From positions 2,249,765 through 2,313,764 of the forward strand of contig OY970393.1 of the NCBI GenBank assembly GCA_963720465.1: DNA of 64,000 nucleotides, read 5' to 3'. The position numbers were made by a program, and so were the translations under genes. Source of the DNA: Methanobacteriota archaeon. GTDB lineage: Archaea; Halobacteriota; Bog-38; Methanoflorentales; Methanoflorentaceae. The stretch's first letter is position 1. Each line of letters starts with the position of its first letter. The notes under the pieces are model-generated. The model had not been told where the DNA came from, searched no databases, and was given only the letters and a program-made list of their open reading frames with translations. This document shows, in pieces, positions 52,825-63,364 of the stretch.

Positions 52825-53280
52825 TTAGGCGAACTCAATTGTTCCTGATAGACACCCGCTGAAGATTCCACGTGAGTTTTGATGCAGTAAGAAATGTCCC
52901 GTTCCGCCTACAACGCGGGCGAAACATCCCGTGCCACCGTCAATCTGGTACGTGGAGGTACCAAATGGCACGTGCAGTTAATCGAACCGGTCGGGGGCGT
53001 GATGGTCATTTGAAACGGGGCTGGGGGAAATGTTACCATTTGAACTCCATTGACCCGCGACAATCCGCAGTAGGAGAGTAAGCCGCATCCGTTGTAGGTC
53101 GTGCCCCCAAGCCGCGTGACGTAAGCTGAAAAGAATCCTGTAAAACGGCAAGGTGAGTTGACCAGACACGTGCGAGGTTAGTTGTGCCTCGTTTGCCGCA
53201 AGCGCGGATGTCGCTGTAAGCGGCATCGCTGCGACCAAGATAATTAGCACAAGTAACGCGATTGTGATTGGTCGTTACGT
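52825..53280 (-). pseudogene. Degenerate paralog of 58472-58978
   Basis: GQLTLPF...HVPFGTSTYQIDGGTGCFARVVGGTGHF...GTIEFA* across frames. Confidence 0.7.
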
Positions 53281-53387
53281 AAACGTCCTCCGTGCCTGCT
53301 TCTTCGACAGGCTTAGAAACAATACGTATATGTTCGGCTTAAGGTTGGCGTTTTTTGCTTGGTCGTTGTCGCCCCGAACGTAACTGC

Positions 53388-53495
53388 TCAAATTTTGAAG
53401 CTCACATCCACCCAGCATTTCATATATACATCATAAACAGAATCAGGAAGCGGACGCTTGAGAAATCGCCAGTCGACTCAAGAAACGCCATGTGT
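53388..53495 (-). repeat. Orphan integrase 3'-end fragment E
   Basis: THGVS*VDWRFLKRPLPDSVYDVYMKCWVDVSFKI*. Confidence 0.88.
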
Positions 53496-53575
53496 AGGGA
53501 GTGAGCTTAGTGGTTCCCTTTTTCTATATAGCAGAAACCTACCCGAAAAATCGTCAGTTTGCAGACCGATATGGG

Positions 53576-54811
53576 TTAGGTTGCGTGTATATTTTCTTCA
53601 CCTAATGCGGTTTCACGGAATAATCGATCGGAGGTAGCGTGGGACAAGGCTCGAGTTACCATTCGTAATTCCCGGAAGTAGGCTACCCTGCCAGGAACTC
53701 TACCGTCCATGTCTGCAGCAGCGGTGCCCGGACGTGGTGAAAATGCATAGATTTCGGCATAGTCGAAATGTAATTCGTCGAACAGGCGCATGGACTCAGC
53801 AAAGTCTTTCGCTGTTTCGGCTGGGAAGTTTACCATAATCTGAGTCTGAATGAACAGGTCCGGATGCGCCTCTTTCAGTCGTCGGATGCCTTCTTTGACA
53901 TCAGCAATACTATATCCCCGCTTCATCAGCCTTAAGATCCGGTCGCTTCCGGACTCAACGGGGACCCCGGTAAACCATATCTTTCCTGTCGCAAACGCGG
54001 GAACTAACTCGTTAATCATCTGTTTTAGAAAGAGGGGATGGATATTACGCAGGCCAATCTTAAAATCGCCGTTTTCACTTACCATTTTGGTGAGAAGGTC
54101 TGCTAGGTCATAGTCATAGCCGAGGTCTCGCCCATACGGTCCCAAGTCCGTTCCCAGTAGGCTGAACTCTTTGAAACCAAGATTAAGCCCGGCCTTGAAT
54201 TCATCCATGACCTCATCAATGGGCTTGCTTTTGATGTTACCACGGGATTTCTTCACCGCACAATACGAACAGTTTCCTAAACAACCGCTCGCTATCTTGA
54301 TGTAAAAGATTGAAGAATCATCGCGTCGATACAGGTAATTACCTGCTGTTAGCCTTAGATACAGCATATAAAGAAGTTTAACAGGCAAGCGGTCGAGTTT
54401 ACGAAGACGATGCCGTATGCTTGTTTTAGACACCGGCCGGCAAATTTCGTTGGCAGTTACTTCATTTATCGACGTTGTAGCCTTAATTACTTCGTCCAGC
54501 TTGCCGACTTCTCGTTCTCCGAAAGAAAGCTCCTGATGCGTCTGGAAAAGCGTTTCAGGGTCTATTTTGGGCAGGCATCCCCACACGATCAATCGCTGAT
54601 CATCTTTTATTTGTTTCTTAATGTCCTGAATGAGATGAATCGAGTTTAACTCTAAGGGTTGAGTCAACGCACAGGCATTAAAGAGGATAAGATCAGCATC
54701 TGTAACGTTATCTGCTATCTGCCACCCATTTCCCTCTAAATACGTCTTCACGCGGCCAGAGTCTAACTGGTTCTCCGGACAGCCATTGGTGAGGACGCAT
54801 GCTTTTTTCAA
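53576..54811 (-). CDS. Radical SAM methylthiotransferase-like protein (MiaB/RimO family, no TRAM domain)
   Basis: GCPEN, NAC and GCL N-terminal cysteines; CLGNCSYC; ESGSDRILRLMKRGY; FSPRPGT. Confidence 0.85.
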   Translation of the reverse strand: MKKACVLTNGCPENQLDSGRVKTYLEGNGWQIADNVTDADLILFNACALTQPLELNSIHLIQDIKKQIKDDQRLIVWGCLPKIDPETLFQTHQELSFGEREVGKLDEVIKATTSINEVTANEICRPVSKTSIRHRLRKLDRLPVKLLYMLYLRLTAGNYLYRRDDSSIFYIKIASGCLGNCSYCAVKKSRGNIKSKPIDEVMDEFKAGLNLGFKEFSLLGTDLGPYGRDLGYDYDLADLLTKMVSENGDFKIGLRNIHPLFLKQMINELVPAFATGKIWFTGVPVESGSDRILRLMKRGYSIADVKEGIRRLKEAHPDLFIQTQIMVNFPAETAKDFAESMRLFDELHFDYAEIYAFSPRPGTAAADMDGRVPGRVAYFRELRMVTRALSHATSDRLFRETALGEENIHAT

Positions 54812-54977
54812 AGTATTGCCTCTTGATATATCTCCAAATATGGCGTAATTATTGTGATCGACAACGATGCATTACAAAAAGCGACCCGAAAAGGTCGGTT
54901 TCACCATTGGCTCATCTTTGTCCAGGTGACCACCTATAGATAAAGGTTTGTCACGTATCTCATCATAATATTCTTCT

Positions 54978-55131
54978 CTATTTTAGAGTCACGTCTTTCC
55001 AATACTGTACGTAAATATCGTAGACATGCTCCGGCAGCGGGTGCTTGTAGAAACGCCAATCGACTCCTGAAACACCGTGTGTGAGTATGTAGTCCGTTGT
55101 TTGACTGATCCCACAGCAGTGTGTCGCCCAT
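54978..55131 (-). repeat. Orphan integrase 3'-end fragment F
   Basis: GDTLLWDQSN-YILTHGVSGVDWRFYKHPLPEHVYDIYVQYWKDVTLK*. Confidence 0.9.
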
Positions 55132-55485
55132 TTTGGATCAGAATCTTCTTAGACCATAGTGACCACATGCCTTGGTAATCTGTATATCGGACATTGCTGC
55201 TTTGCGACCAACAGGCCCGATCTGAAAAGAAGAAAAATGGGGAAGCTGAGAGCGACGAAAAAGTAAAACCAAGCAGCAAGCAGCATTTTGAGCCTGAATG
55301 TTGAATGTGTTTGAGTTTCAATCCAAACAAAACTCTTCATCGTCGCCATCAATTATGTTCAAAATCTTGAACGCAACATCCCTCGAATCTTGGGTGTAAT
55401 CTAGATTAGGTTCGAGTATTGCCTTACACACACCCCGAATTTTGTTGAGCTTCTTTTTGCACGTCATAACTACCTATTCCCAGCT

Positions 55486-55713
55486 TTATGCTGAACAATT
55501 TGGGCAGACTCTTTGCAACTGCCTAGCTGAGCTGCCTGAAAATGTGAACCCAGAGATTGATCGCAATAGGTATCTGGTTACAACAATGACCAAGATGACG
55601 AAAAGTGGCGTTATTTGTGCTTTTCCACTCCAGATAACATAAAAAACAATAGCATCTGTGACGGCAACGATGATGGTAGTGATAATAAGAGCTCTCACAA
55701 AGAGGTTGACCAT
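55486..55713 (-). CDS. Small two-helix membrane protein with CxxC
   Basis: GGAG Shine-Dalgarno sequence, two transmembrane helices, CPNC. Confidence 0.5.
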   Translation of the reverse strand: MVNLFVRALIITTIIVAVTDAIVFYVIWSGKAQITPLFVILVIVVTRYLLRSISGFTFSGSSARQLQRVCPNCSA

Positions 55714-55784
55714 GATTTTGCTCCTTACGCTTCAGTGTTGCTACTTGATTCAAAAACTGTTAGTGATAGTTTAGTTGCCTAGCT

Positions 55785-55915
55785 GAGTTTTGCCAATACT
55801 TTATATACACGTCATAAACGGGCTCAGGCAGCGGATGCTTATAGAACCGCCAATCAACTCCTGATACACCGTGAGTGAGAATATAGTTCTTATTTGACTG
55901 GTCCCACTGTAGGAT
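55785..55915 (-). repeat. Orphan integrase 3'-end fragment G
   Basis: ILQWDQSNKNYILTHGVSGVDWRFYKHPLPEPVYDVYIKYWQ. Confidence 0.92.
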
Positions 55916-56776
55916 CCCGCAGGGAGGATTTGCTCTCTGTTTTAGATGCGCTCATTAATGAGTGGGAGCGCTGCAACTCCGACCTCTGCACTAGTAGCTG
56001 TCATCATTCGGCTTGGTCATGCAGAAGGAGAAAAGATGCGTAAAGTGTTCAAACAACATACGGAATAAGCCGTTTCGTCCTCTTTGCGTACGAGACGTAT
56101 TCGTCGCCCAGCTTCGACGTTAAAACCCCTTCCTCCACGTGAATCCGATAACCGAAGGCCACCGCGAAGAAAGTTATGAGCACGAGCACAGCCCCCCCAC
56201 GAGTGCAGCACGAAGCCCAGTCATATGAAGATCATGAGCAGGCCGGTGTACGAGGGATGACGCACGAGTCGATATGGCCCGCGATCCACCACCGCCTGGC
56301 CCTCTTGAACGCCGACCCAGATAGGTCATCATAGTTCGCTGGGTTTTCTTTTCCTTCTTCAATATGCCTTTATCGCCGGTGTTGATTAACGACCAGGACA
56401 ACGGCACACAACGATGCTTAAAATCAAGAAGACGTTGTAGGCGATGAATTGACGAGGGAACCCCACACAACGCGGCACTCCTGCCGACCGTTATTCGCTA
56501 GTCATAATTCCCAACATGGCGATTTGGGGAAATGAACACCGCATTAGCGTGCTCCGTTTAAAAATCGACTAAACCGTTGAGGAGGAATTGTGTACCGTCG
56601 AAGCTCATTTTGGGCTTTTCGCTTGGAACCGACACAATATGAGGATTTAAATGTCGAGTTTTGCACGGTTGCCCACTGCAAAGGCGAGATCGTCCAAGAG
56701 ATATAGAAGAGCGTTAGGCAAAAAATGCACTAGGAGGGTAAAAATGCTCTAGGAGGCGAAAAGTTGACAGAACCTT

Positions 56777-57274
56777 TCATGTCTTGTAAATGAAAATCTT
56801 GTTTTGGCTTTTGACGAGCTTCATATTTTCTATTCGGTGCCAATAGCTTATGATCCTTGTTCCACTTCGTGTTTCAGCCCTTATTTTCATCGCGATTCTG
56901 TTGTTTATCCTTCCTGGGTATTGGAATATGAATATAACATCAGCGTCAGAAATGCCTTGCTTGAAAAGGTTTCCTAGGATGACTTGGGCTTTTCTTGCTC
57001 TGAGCTTGGCTATAAACCATCGAATAGGCTCTAACTCAACTCCCTTCACATGATCGCATACCTTTGAGGCTTCTATAAGGGCTTCTCCTGTTCCACATCC
57101 AAGGTCGTAGAAGACTTCATCTTTCTTAAGGTCTGCCAGTTTAATGGCCTCAGCTGCAATCGTCCTCGGAGTACGGCCATATGCTGCGCCTCCTGCCAGC
57201 ATAGGATAGACAGGAGAAGCTAGGAGGTATGCGACTATCAGAACAATTATGCCCAGTATTACATCCGTACTCAT
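56777..57274 (-). CDS. SAM-dependent methyltransferase with N-terminal transmembrane helix
   Basis: FYDLGCGTG, GVELEP and ADVIF motifs. Confidence 0.85.
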   Translation of the reverse strand: MSTDVILGIIVLIVAYLLASPVYPMLAGGAAYGRTPRTIAAEAIKLADLKKDEVFYDLGCGTGEALIEASKVCDHVKGVELEPIRWFIAKLRARKAQVILGNLFKQGISDADVIFIFQYPGRINNRIAMKIRAETRSGTRIISYWHRIENMKLVKSQNKIFIYKT

Positions 57275-57290
57275 TTCATCAGCAACAGCG

Positions 57291-57440
57291 TTAGATTGTC
57301 AAGACGACATTTCCCCAGTACTTCATGTAGATATCGTAAACTGAAGCAGGAAGCATCCTTTGAAATTGCCAGTCCTCTCCAGAAACGCTGTGCGCGAGTA
57401 TGTAGTTCTGGTTTGACTGATCCCCGCACAGTATGTTGGC
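57291..57440 (-). repeat. Orphan integrase 3'-end fragment H
   Basis: DQSNQNYILAHSVSGEDWQFQRMLPASVYDIYMKYWGNVVLTI*. Confidence 0.85.
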
Positions 57441-57532
57441 CCTGCTACTGCTCGAACCTGCCATTTTTTTCGCGGCCATGTCCGTGTCGAAGGAAACGCC
57501 AAGTCTTTTTACAGTCCAAACCGCGCCCGAAT

Positions 57533-58338
57533 CTAGACGCGCAAGTGAAAAATATTGTACATTCTGCTCCGATCGGTAAAGTTCATCCACCTCTCTACCT
57601 GCGCGCCCCACGCTGGGTCTCGCGGGACGTTCTTGAAAGCGGAGAATTGATCCAGGACTGTGATGCGCTTGTCCCATTTTTCCATCTTGCGTGCGTCTTT
57701 CAGCACCCATTTGGTCGCGATGTCTTTAATACCCGTTCGACGCAAACCCCAGTTGCTGATGAGCCTCCACAATCTTGACTGGGCGTTCAGCACGATTTCG
57801 GCGCCCGCGAAATTGTCCGCCAGCAGCAAGAAAAACTGTTTAACCTGTGACTCGTCTAACCAATCGAGCACACCTCCGGCTAGCATGAACACGCCGTTTT
57901 CTTTGTCTCTGACGCTCTCGCACCACCTCGCGTCGAAAAGCGACCCTGCGAGGTACGTTGTTCGGTCTTCTTCAGGGCTAATCGCCTTCTTGTGTCGATC
58001 ACGTTTGGCAGATCGAGATCATACCACTGAAGCAATCCGTTGTCGACACGGTAGAAGGTGGCGTCGAGTCCGGCCCCAACGTTAATGACCGACGCTTGTT
58101 GATGTTCATTGACATACGCACGTATTTTGTCGTCGAACTGTTTTGCTCGCGCAACGATAGCGATAGTTCCTTCGAGTCCTAGAGCCGCAACCTTTGTTGA
58201 AAAATCATAGTCAATCTGATCGACAAGCTCGATCGCTTTCGCGTCGTTGAAGATCGAAGGAAACTCTCGACTGAATTTCGCCCGCGCGCACAACGGAGCC
58301 AACAGCGTCGCTTCAACGTCGTGAAAATCGATTTTCAT
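57533..58338 (-). pseudogene. LCM/TcmP-like O-methyltransferase, frameshifted
   Basis: TLLAPL.ARA, IDYDF, NVGAGLD and WYDLDLP, then AGGVL..LDE in another frame. Confidence 0.8.
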
Positions 58339-58471
58339 TCTCGCACCCGTCGCACTTTCTGTAGCAGATTGCTCCGCGATTATAAGCAGGTCCCGTACTG
58401 TGAGTATTATCGCCGTCCGCGCTACGTGCCATGGTGACGGTTCCGCGTTACTAGGCCGCCTAAGCGCGCCG

Positions 58472-58978
58472 CTATGCCAAAACGATAGTTCCGTCCAGAT
58501 ACCCGGTAAAGGTTCCGTGTGCACTTTGGTGTAGCGAAAAATGTCCGCTTCCTCCGATGACGCGGGCGAATCGTCCGGTGCCATTGTCAATCTGATATGT
58601 GCTGCTGCCAGGTGGCACGTGTAAGCTAATCGTGTCGCCATTTGCGGTCTTGATTGTCATCGTAAATGGGGCTAAGTAATATACAACTTGGCGTCCATCC
58701 ACCTTCGACCATCCACCGTACGTGAAGAAGCCAGTCCCACTGTACAACGTGGCCCCGAGGCCCGGGCTGCCGTACTTTCCTGAAAAGACTCCTGCAAAAG
58801 GCACGGTGAGATGCCCACACGTCTTGTACGCGGTTTGCTGCGCCGCGTCTGCTGGGAGCACACAGGTCGCCATCAGCGGCAACACTGCGACGCTTATTAC
58901 CATTAACGCGATTGTGAGTTTTCGTAGCATCGATTTCCTCCCTATGCCTGCTTGAGTAGCAGGCTCATAGCTTATCAT
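58472..58978 (-). CDS. Secreted hypothetical protein
   Basis: Signal peptide MLRKLTIALMVISVAVLP; GTGRFA..GSG beta-rich pattern. Confidence 0.7.
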   Translation of the reverse strand: MISYEPATQAGIGRKSMLRKLTIALMVISVAVLPLMATCVLPADAAQQTAYKTCGHLTVPFAGVFSGKYGSPGLGATLYSGTGFFTYGGWSKVDGRQVVYYLAPFTMTIKTANGDTISLHVPPGSSTYQIDNGTGRFARVIGGSGHFSLHQSAHGTFTGYLDGTIVLA

Positions 58979-59061
58979 CGTGTTTTTGATTTAAAGTTGG
59001 CGTTATTGCCTCACCCGTCATTCGCTCTGCGGCGTTCCTATTTTCACTTGGCTTAAATTGT

Positions 59062-59205
59062 TTAGATTTTAAAGCGGACGCCTGTCCAGTACTGCATGTA
59101 GATATCATAAACCGAATCAAGCAACGGCTGCTTCTAAAATCACCAGTCAACTCCAGATACACCGTGAGTGAGAATATACTTCTTATTTGACTGATCCCAC
59201 TGTAA
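59062..59205 (-). repeat. Orphan integrase 3'-end fragment I
   Basis: LQWDQSNKKYILTHGVSGVDW*F*KQPLLDSVYDIYMQYWTGVRFKI*. Confidence 0.9.
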
Positions 59206-59253
59206 TCGTATTAAAAACAAAAACTTAAGTCAGAGTGCTCGCAACCTTTCCGT

Positions 59254-59664
59254 ATGCCAATCGATCATCGAACTGAGTATATACCTGGAATTCCAGCAGC
59301 CACCATTACAACCCCCACTAATAATACGCGGGTGGAAAACTCAGTATTTATTAAGGGCACGGCCCAAAACATTGGGGAAGAATACAGTCTATGGCTTGTA
59401 TTTTATGATTACAGCGCGAACCGCCATTACCCACAAGATGGGCCCCTTGCTATCTCCACAAACGGTCAATGGGAGATGACCGCATCTTTTGAGAGCAGCG
59501 GAAGGTATGATATTACTGCGCTCGCTGCAGACAAAAACGCCAACGACAGTCTCTTACTATACCAAGCAGCCAGTGAGTCGAGTGGTGATTATCCGGGGTT
59601 GCCTGCCCTTCCTTCAGGATGCATAACGCTGGCGTCAGTCACCGTCTCTAGAACGCAGCTTTAA
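59254..59664 (+). CDS. Ig-like hypothetical protein
   Basis: ITTPTNN..V....IKGT...HYPQ...NGQW pattern. Confidence 0.6.
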   Translation: MPIDHRTEYIPGIPAATITTPTNNTRVENSVFIKGTAQNIGEEYSLWLVFYDYSANRHYPQDGPLAISTNGQWEMTASFESSGRYDITALAADKNANDSLLLYQAASESSGDYPGLPALPSGCITLASVTVSRTQL

Positions 59665-59859
59665 CTGTGTGCTATTCGTTCAAGCAGGTTTACTGAAGCG
59701 AGGGACGAAAAACACGCACAGATCCAGAAGCCGTATTATGGTTGCGATTCGGCGGCCGCGACAAATTATCTCAGATGATCGGGTTCCGTTCCGATCAATG
59801 CGGACGTCCGCGTTGCTTACCATATTGATAGTTCCGCTTTACGAGGCCATGCCTACACG

Positions 59860-60003
59860 TTATTCGCCCGCGCAACGTGCGCGATAGCAAGCGAGCAAAC
59901 GCTTGATGATATCGTCAAACGTTTCACCGCGCTTGCCTATAGCGTCTATTTCGGCTTTCGTCTCAAAGTGTACTGATATCGTCGCCCGATCTTCACGTTT
60001 CAT
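59860..60003 (-). CDS. Small ribbon-helix-helix / antitoxin-like protein (47 aa)
   Basis: ATISVHFETKAEIDAIGKRGETFDDIIKRLL; below the ORF-track size cutoff. Confidence 0.7.
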   Translation of the reverse strand: MKREDRATISVHFETKAEIDAIGKRGETFDDIIKRLLACYRARCAGE

Positions 60004-60031
60004 ATTTTCTTACGCATCGGGGTACGTGGTC

Positions 60032-60370
60032 TCACGCAATCGACCGCTGCAAGCGTAATGCTTCGCTTTCCGTGATCGGCTTAACGACCCTGGATAGGTA
60101 CTCGCAGACCTCGTCGGCGGCTTCTGGCGGCACATCGAATAAGTCGAGGTATAAGTCGGTCATGCGCCAAAATTCGTCGCGATCCTTTACTAAATCGTAT
60201 TCAAGCCCTTCTAGGTCAATAGAACCGAGCCTCGTTTTATCGAGTAGGCGTCCGCTTCGCGTCCGCTTCTCCAAAACTCCATGAAGCGTAACATCTCCAT
60301 GTCGGACTTGCCTTCGTGGGCCGTTTTGTTGTCTCACGAAGTGGAATCGGTATTCGACGTCGGTAGCCAT
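60032..60370 (-). CDS. Hypothetical protein
   Basis: 112-aa ORF co-oriented with the RHH gene. Confidence 0.5.
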   Translation of the reverse strand: MATDVEYRFHFVRQQNGPRRQVRHGDVTLHGVLEKRTRSGRLLDKTRLGSIDLEGLEYDLVKDRDEFWRMTDLYLDLFDVPPEAADEVCEYLSRVVKPITESEALRLQRSIA

Positions 60371-60840
60371 CCCTTACCCTCGTATCATACGTAATTAGTA
60401 GTAACGGTAACACAATATATAACCGTTCCCAAGATTGTTACAATAGTAACGTTCTTAATAAAAACAGAAATATTATCAGAACTATTAAAAGCGCCGCCTC
60501 GGTTAGCGTTTCGTTTTTATCACCGTGTTTGTTCATAACCTGACTAATTATCCGCGTTAGCGGCCTCCTTTCTGATCCTGCATATCTGGGCCGCTACGTG
60601 GTGTGTTGCAATAAGCTTGTTAGCGACGGCATGGGGGGTTCGTTAACGACAAAACCGCTGTCGATATCGCGCAGGACTTAGAATTACTCGGTTTCGTTGA
60701 TAATCACCGAAGAGGGTGGGGACGTGAAACCGCTTTATTATTTAGTCCTCAGGTTCTATTGACCGTAAGTATATGGTCGATACGCTTACGTCGATGGTGG
60801 TGTGAAGTGGCTAATAGTAGTGCAAACACAGTGACTATCA

Positions 60841-61053
60841 ATGACTGCACAGGAGCGCAAGCCAAAAGAGCCCGGGTTTTTCACAGGCCACGAAGCTCTA
60901 ATATATGAAGTCGAACGGGCGTGTAGCCAATTAAACAAGCTTAAAGAATTACAGCTAGACGAACCTTTTTTGCGTGCGGTGGCTGCGGAAATACGAGCGC
61001 ACATGGACCACTTGGGGGCAAGCTTGCAGGACTTAACGGAGCCTTGCGGTTAA
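60841..61053 (+). CDS. Hypothetical protein
   Basis: 70-aa helical ORF. Confidence 0.4.
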   Translation: MTAQERKPKEPGFFTGHEALIYEVERACSQLNKLKELQLDEPFLRAVAAEIRAHMDHLGASLQDLTEPCG

Positions 61054-61102
61054 TGACTGTAGTTAAAACGGCTCGGGCTTGTTAAGGAGCCCCCTCCGAC
61101 AT

Positions 61103-61387
61103 TCAGCCCTGCCGCGATCTGCTCTCACGGCTGTCCGCGCCGACGGGCCTATCGAGAATTGTGCCCAATATAAGACCCTTACGTAAGGGGCTAAGATACG
61201 AGTGACGTTCTTCTTTGTCCTGTCCTTCCCTTTCCACATTTCTGAAGCTCGAAAGGAGTGTATCGAGTGCTTGGGTATCATCTAAACTAGTCTCGGACTC
61301 CTCATAGACTTTTGTCTTGACCTCTGAAAGCGCGCGGCTCAATAGCTCCGCGTCGCTGCCCGTTAAGATTAGCCCATTTTCTATCAT
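61103..61387 (-). CDS. Hypothetical protein
   Basis: GGAGG Shine-Dalgarno sequence; 94-aa ORF. Confidence 0.45.
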   Translation of the reverse strand: MIENGLILTGSDAELLSRALSEVKTKVYEESETSLDDTQALDTLLSSFRNVEREGQDKEERHSYLSPLRKGLILGTILDRPVGADSRESRSRQG

Positions 61388-61843
61388 TTTTCGCCTCCTG
61401 GTCGGTGTTTTTTACATGAACACGTGACATTATAGCGTGATCGCTTTGTTCTGATGCTGATATTAGCGTCAAAGAGCCCGTTATTCTTAGTGGCGAGTTC
61501 CAAACAAGCTTCAAAAGGTAAATGGCTGCCGGGCTAGTCTCTAATATAGCATGGACGGCGGTACTGCTCGCAATATGGAACCTGCTCTTTATCACCACGC
61601 AGCTGACAATGGGCGTATTTTTCGCACCTTTGGCAGTTCATCATGATTGCATTTCATGCAAGCCAGCTTAAAGAGGGCTATCTGCGCGGTGCGAAACTAA
61701 CCAGGCTATGAATGCCACAGTCAGCGCATTGCTGAGCTAAGGGGAGGCTAAACAAAACACGCAGCGAGGTCGAGCGAAAATGGTATAATGTCTCGTATGG
61801 TGTGTATGTGAATCGTAAATGAAACATTTTGGAGAATATCCGC

Positions 61844-62160
61844 ATGACAACCATCACCGATGAGTTTATGCAGCAGATGCTGTCCAAAACCAAGCAGTAT
61901 TGTATCGTAATTTTGGAGGCCGGGCCTAATAGGTATGAGGAGGGAATGGAAAAAATCATTTGGGAGCACGGATGGAAAAAATCATTTGGGAGCACGGAAG
62001 AAGAAATTTTGCACTTCGCGCGGATTGCGTGTTATCTATTGTGTGTGCGGTCTCCGATGAGAGTAACGTCTCTGGCGTTGGAATCTTTAATGCTCCAGTC
62101 GAAGAAGTAAGAAAGATTATGGATGAAGACCCGGTGGCCACGAACCCAACTGCGAAGAGA
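61844..62160 (+). pseudogene. YCII-like protein disrupted by a 26-bp tandem duplication
   Basis: ATGGAAAAAATCATTTGGGAGCACGG at 61946 and 61972; IIWEHGRRNFALR...GVGIFN...IMDEDP. Confidence 0.7.
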
Positions 62161-62176
62161 GCGCGCAAAAGAAGCT

Positions 62177-62259
62177 CAGATAGTCAACGTACACCTACCC
62201 AGTATTTCATGTAGACGTCATACAATGAATCAGGCAGCGGATGCCGATAATCGCTCCAT
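62177..62259 (-). repeat. Orphan integrase 3'-end fragment J
   Basis: WSDYRHPLPDSLYDVYMKYWVGV. Confidence 0.8.
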
Positions 62260-62408
62260 TCGGCGCTATTCCGTTCTCGCATAAATGATCGTCGCGGAAG
62301 AAGTGGATTTCAGACAAATCTTGTGTGAATCTCACGGCAAAATGACTTTGCCACCAAGCTAGGGTGTGTTTCTTAAGGGGAAGTTAGCTAAAAAAAGAGA
62401 GGTATAGC

Positions 62409-62828
62409 ATGAAAAAAATAGCAGTCTTTCTAGTAGCGGCAGCGGTTGCGCTTTCAATCGTCGGCGTAGTGGGAGTAGTCGCACAAACGTCGTCAACTAC
62501 GATGACGGCGACGACGACGGCAACAGCGACGCCGATGGCAACGACGACCACCACCACTTCAGTGCCGCAAGGTTGCTCGGCAAAAGCTCCGACGACATCG
62601 TCCACCGTGACATCAACTCCGTCAGGATGCTCCGCTGCGCCCACGACAACGTCTTCGTCAGGATGCTCAGCAGCCACGACAACGTCTTCGTCAGGATGCT
62701 CAGCAGCCACGACATCGTCGACATCCACGTGCTGTCCAGCGACGGCCTGCGCACAGTGCACTAGCTGCACGACAACCGCGTCTAGCACGAGCAGTTCAGC
62801 GATGACGACGGGGTGTTCGGCGAAATAA
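62409..62828 (+). CDS. Secreted Cys/Ser/Thr-rich protein (CAQCTSC family)
   Basis: Signal peptide, GCSA repeats, CCPATACAQCTSC. Confidence 0.75.
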   Translation: MKKIAVFLVAAAVALSIVGVVGVVAQTSSTTMTATTTATATPMATTTTTTSVPQGCSAKAPTTSSTVTSTPSGCSAAPTTTSSSGCSAATTTSSSGCSAATTSSTSTCCPATACAQCTSCTTTASSTSSSAMTTGCSAK

Positions 62829-63364
62829 AAAGGTATAAACGAATATTTGCACGTCCGGCATGAACCGTTTAGAACGGTGACGGGATCAAGCGGCTGTGTC
62901 AGATACGGGCTGTACCAGGCAGCAGGCTCGACCGCCGAGAGTTCGAATTCATCTAAAACTCTCGGTGACCCGCTTGTTGGCGGTGGCGACTGTTTGCAAG
63001 AGTCAAGCGAAGCAGCAGCTAGGGAATAGCCTGGTTTCTTTTCTTTTTTTGTGCTGTAGCGGTTCACTAATGGCCCTCGCCGTAAGCCATCGAACTGGGT
63101 AGAGGATCCACCCGTTGCTCGCTTCTGGAAACCAGCTAGTGCATCACTACCCCTGCTTGCGTACGCCCAGCTCCAGAAGGGTATTTTGCTCATTTCGTAA
63201 GGCAGCATCTTGCGTACTTCTTGTAAAGGGACTGACAGTGTTTGCCAGTTTGAATGGATTAACGGACGTTCCCCCGACGATCCAGTAGTCTGACGTCCCA
63301 TCCGTTAAGAAGCCGACTGCTGTAGCTCTTGGTAGTACATTTAGTGTTACGGATGGAAGTCACC

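Noticed and set aside
54860-54970. Possible RiPP precursor upstream of the radical SAM gene
   Set aside because: There is no clear ORF with a ribosome-binding site or characteristic motif.
62384-63301. 305-aa minus-strand ORF
   Set aside because: It is antisense to the signal-peptide-bearing low-complexity gene 62409-62828, which has a Shine-Dalgarno sequence.
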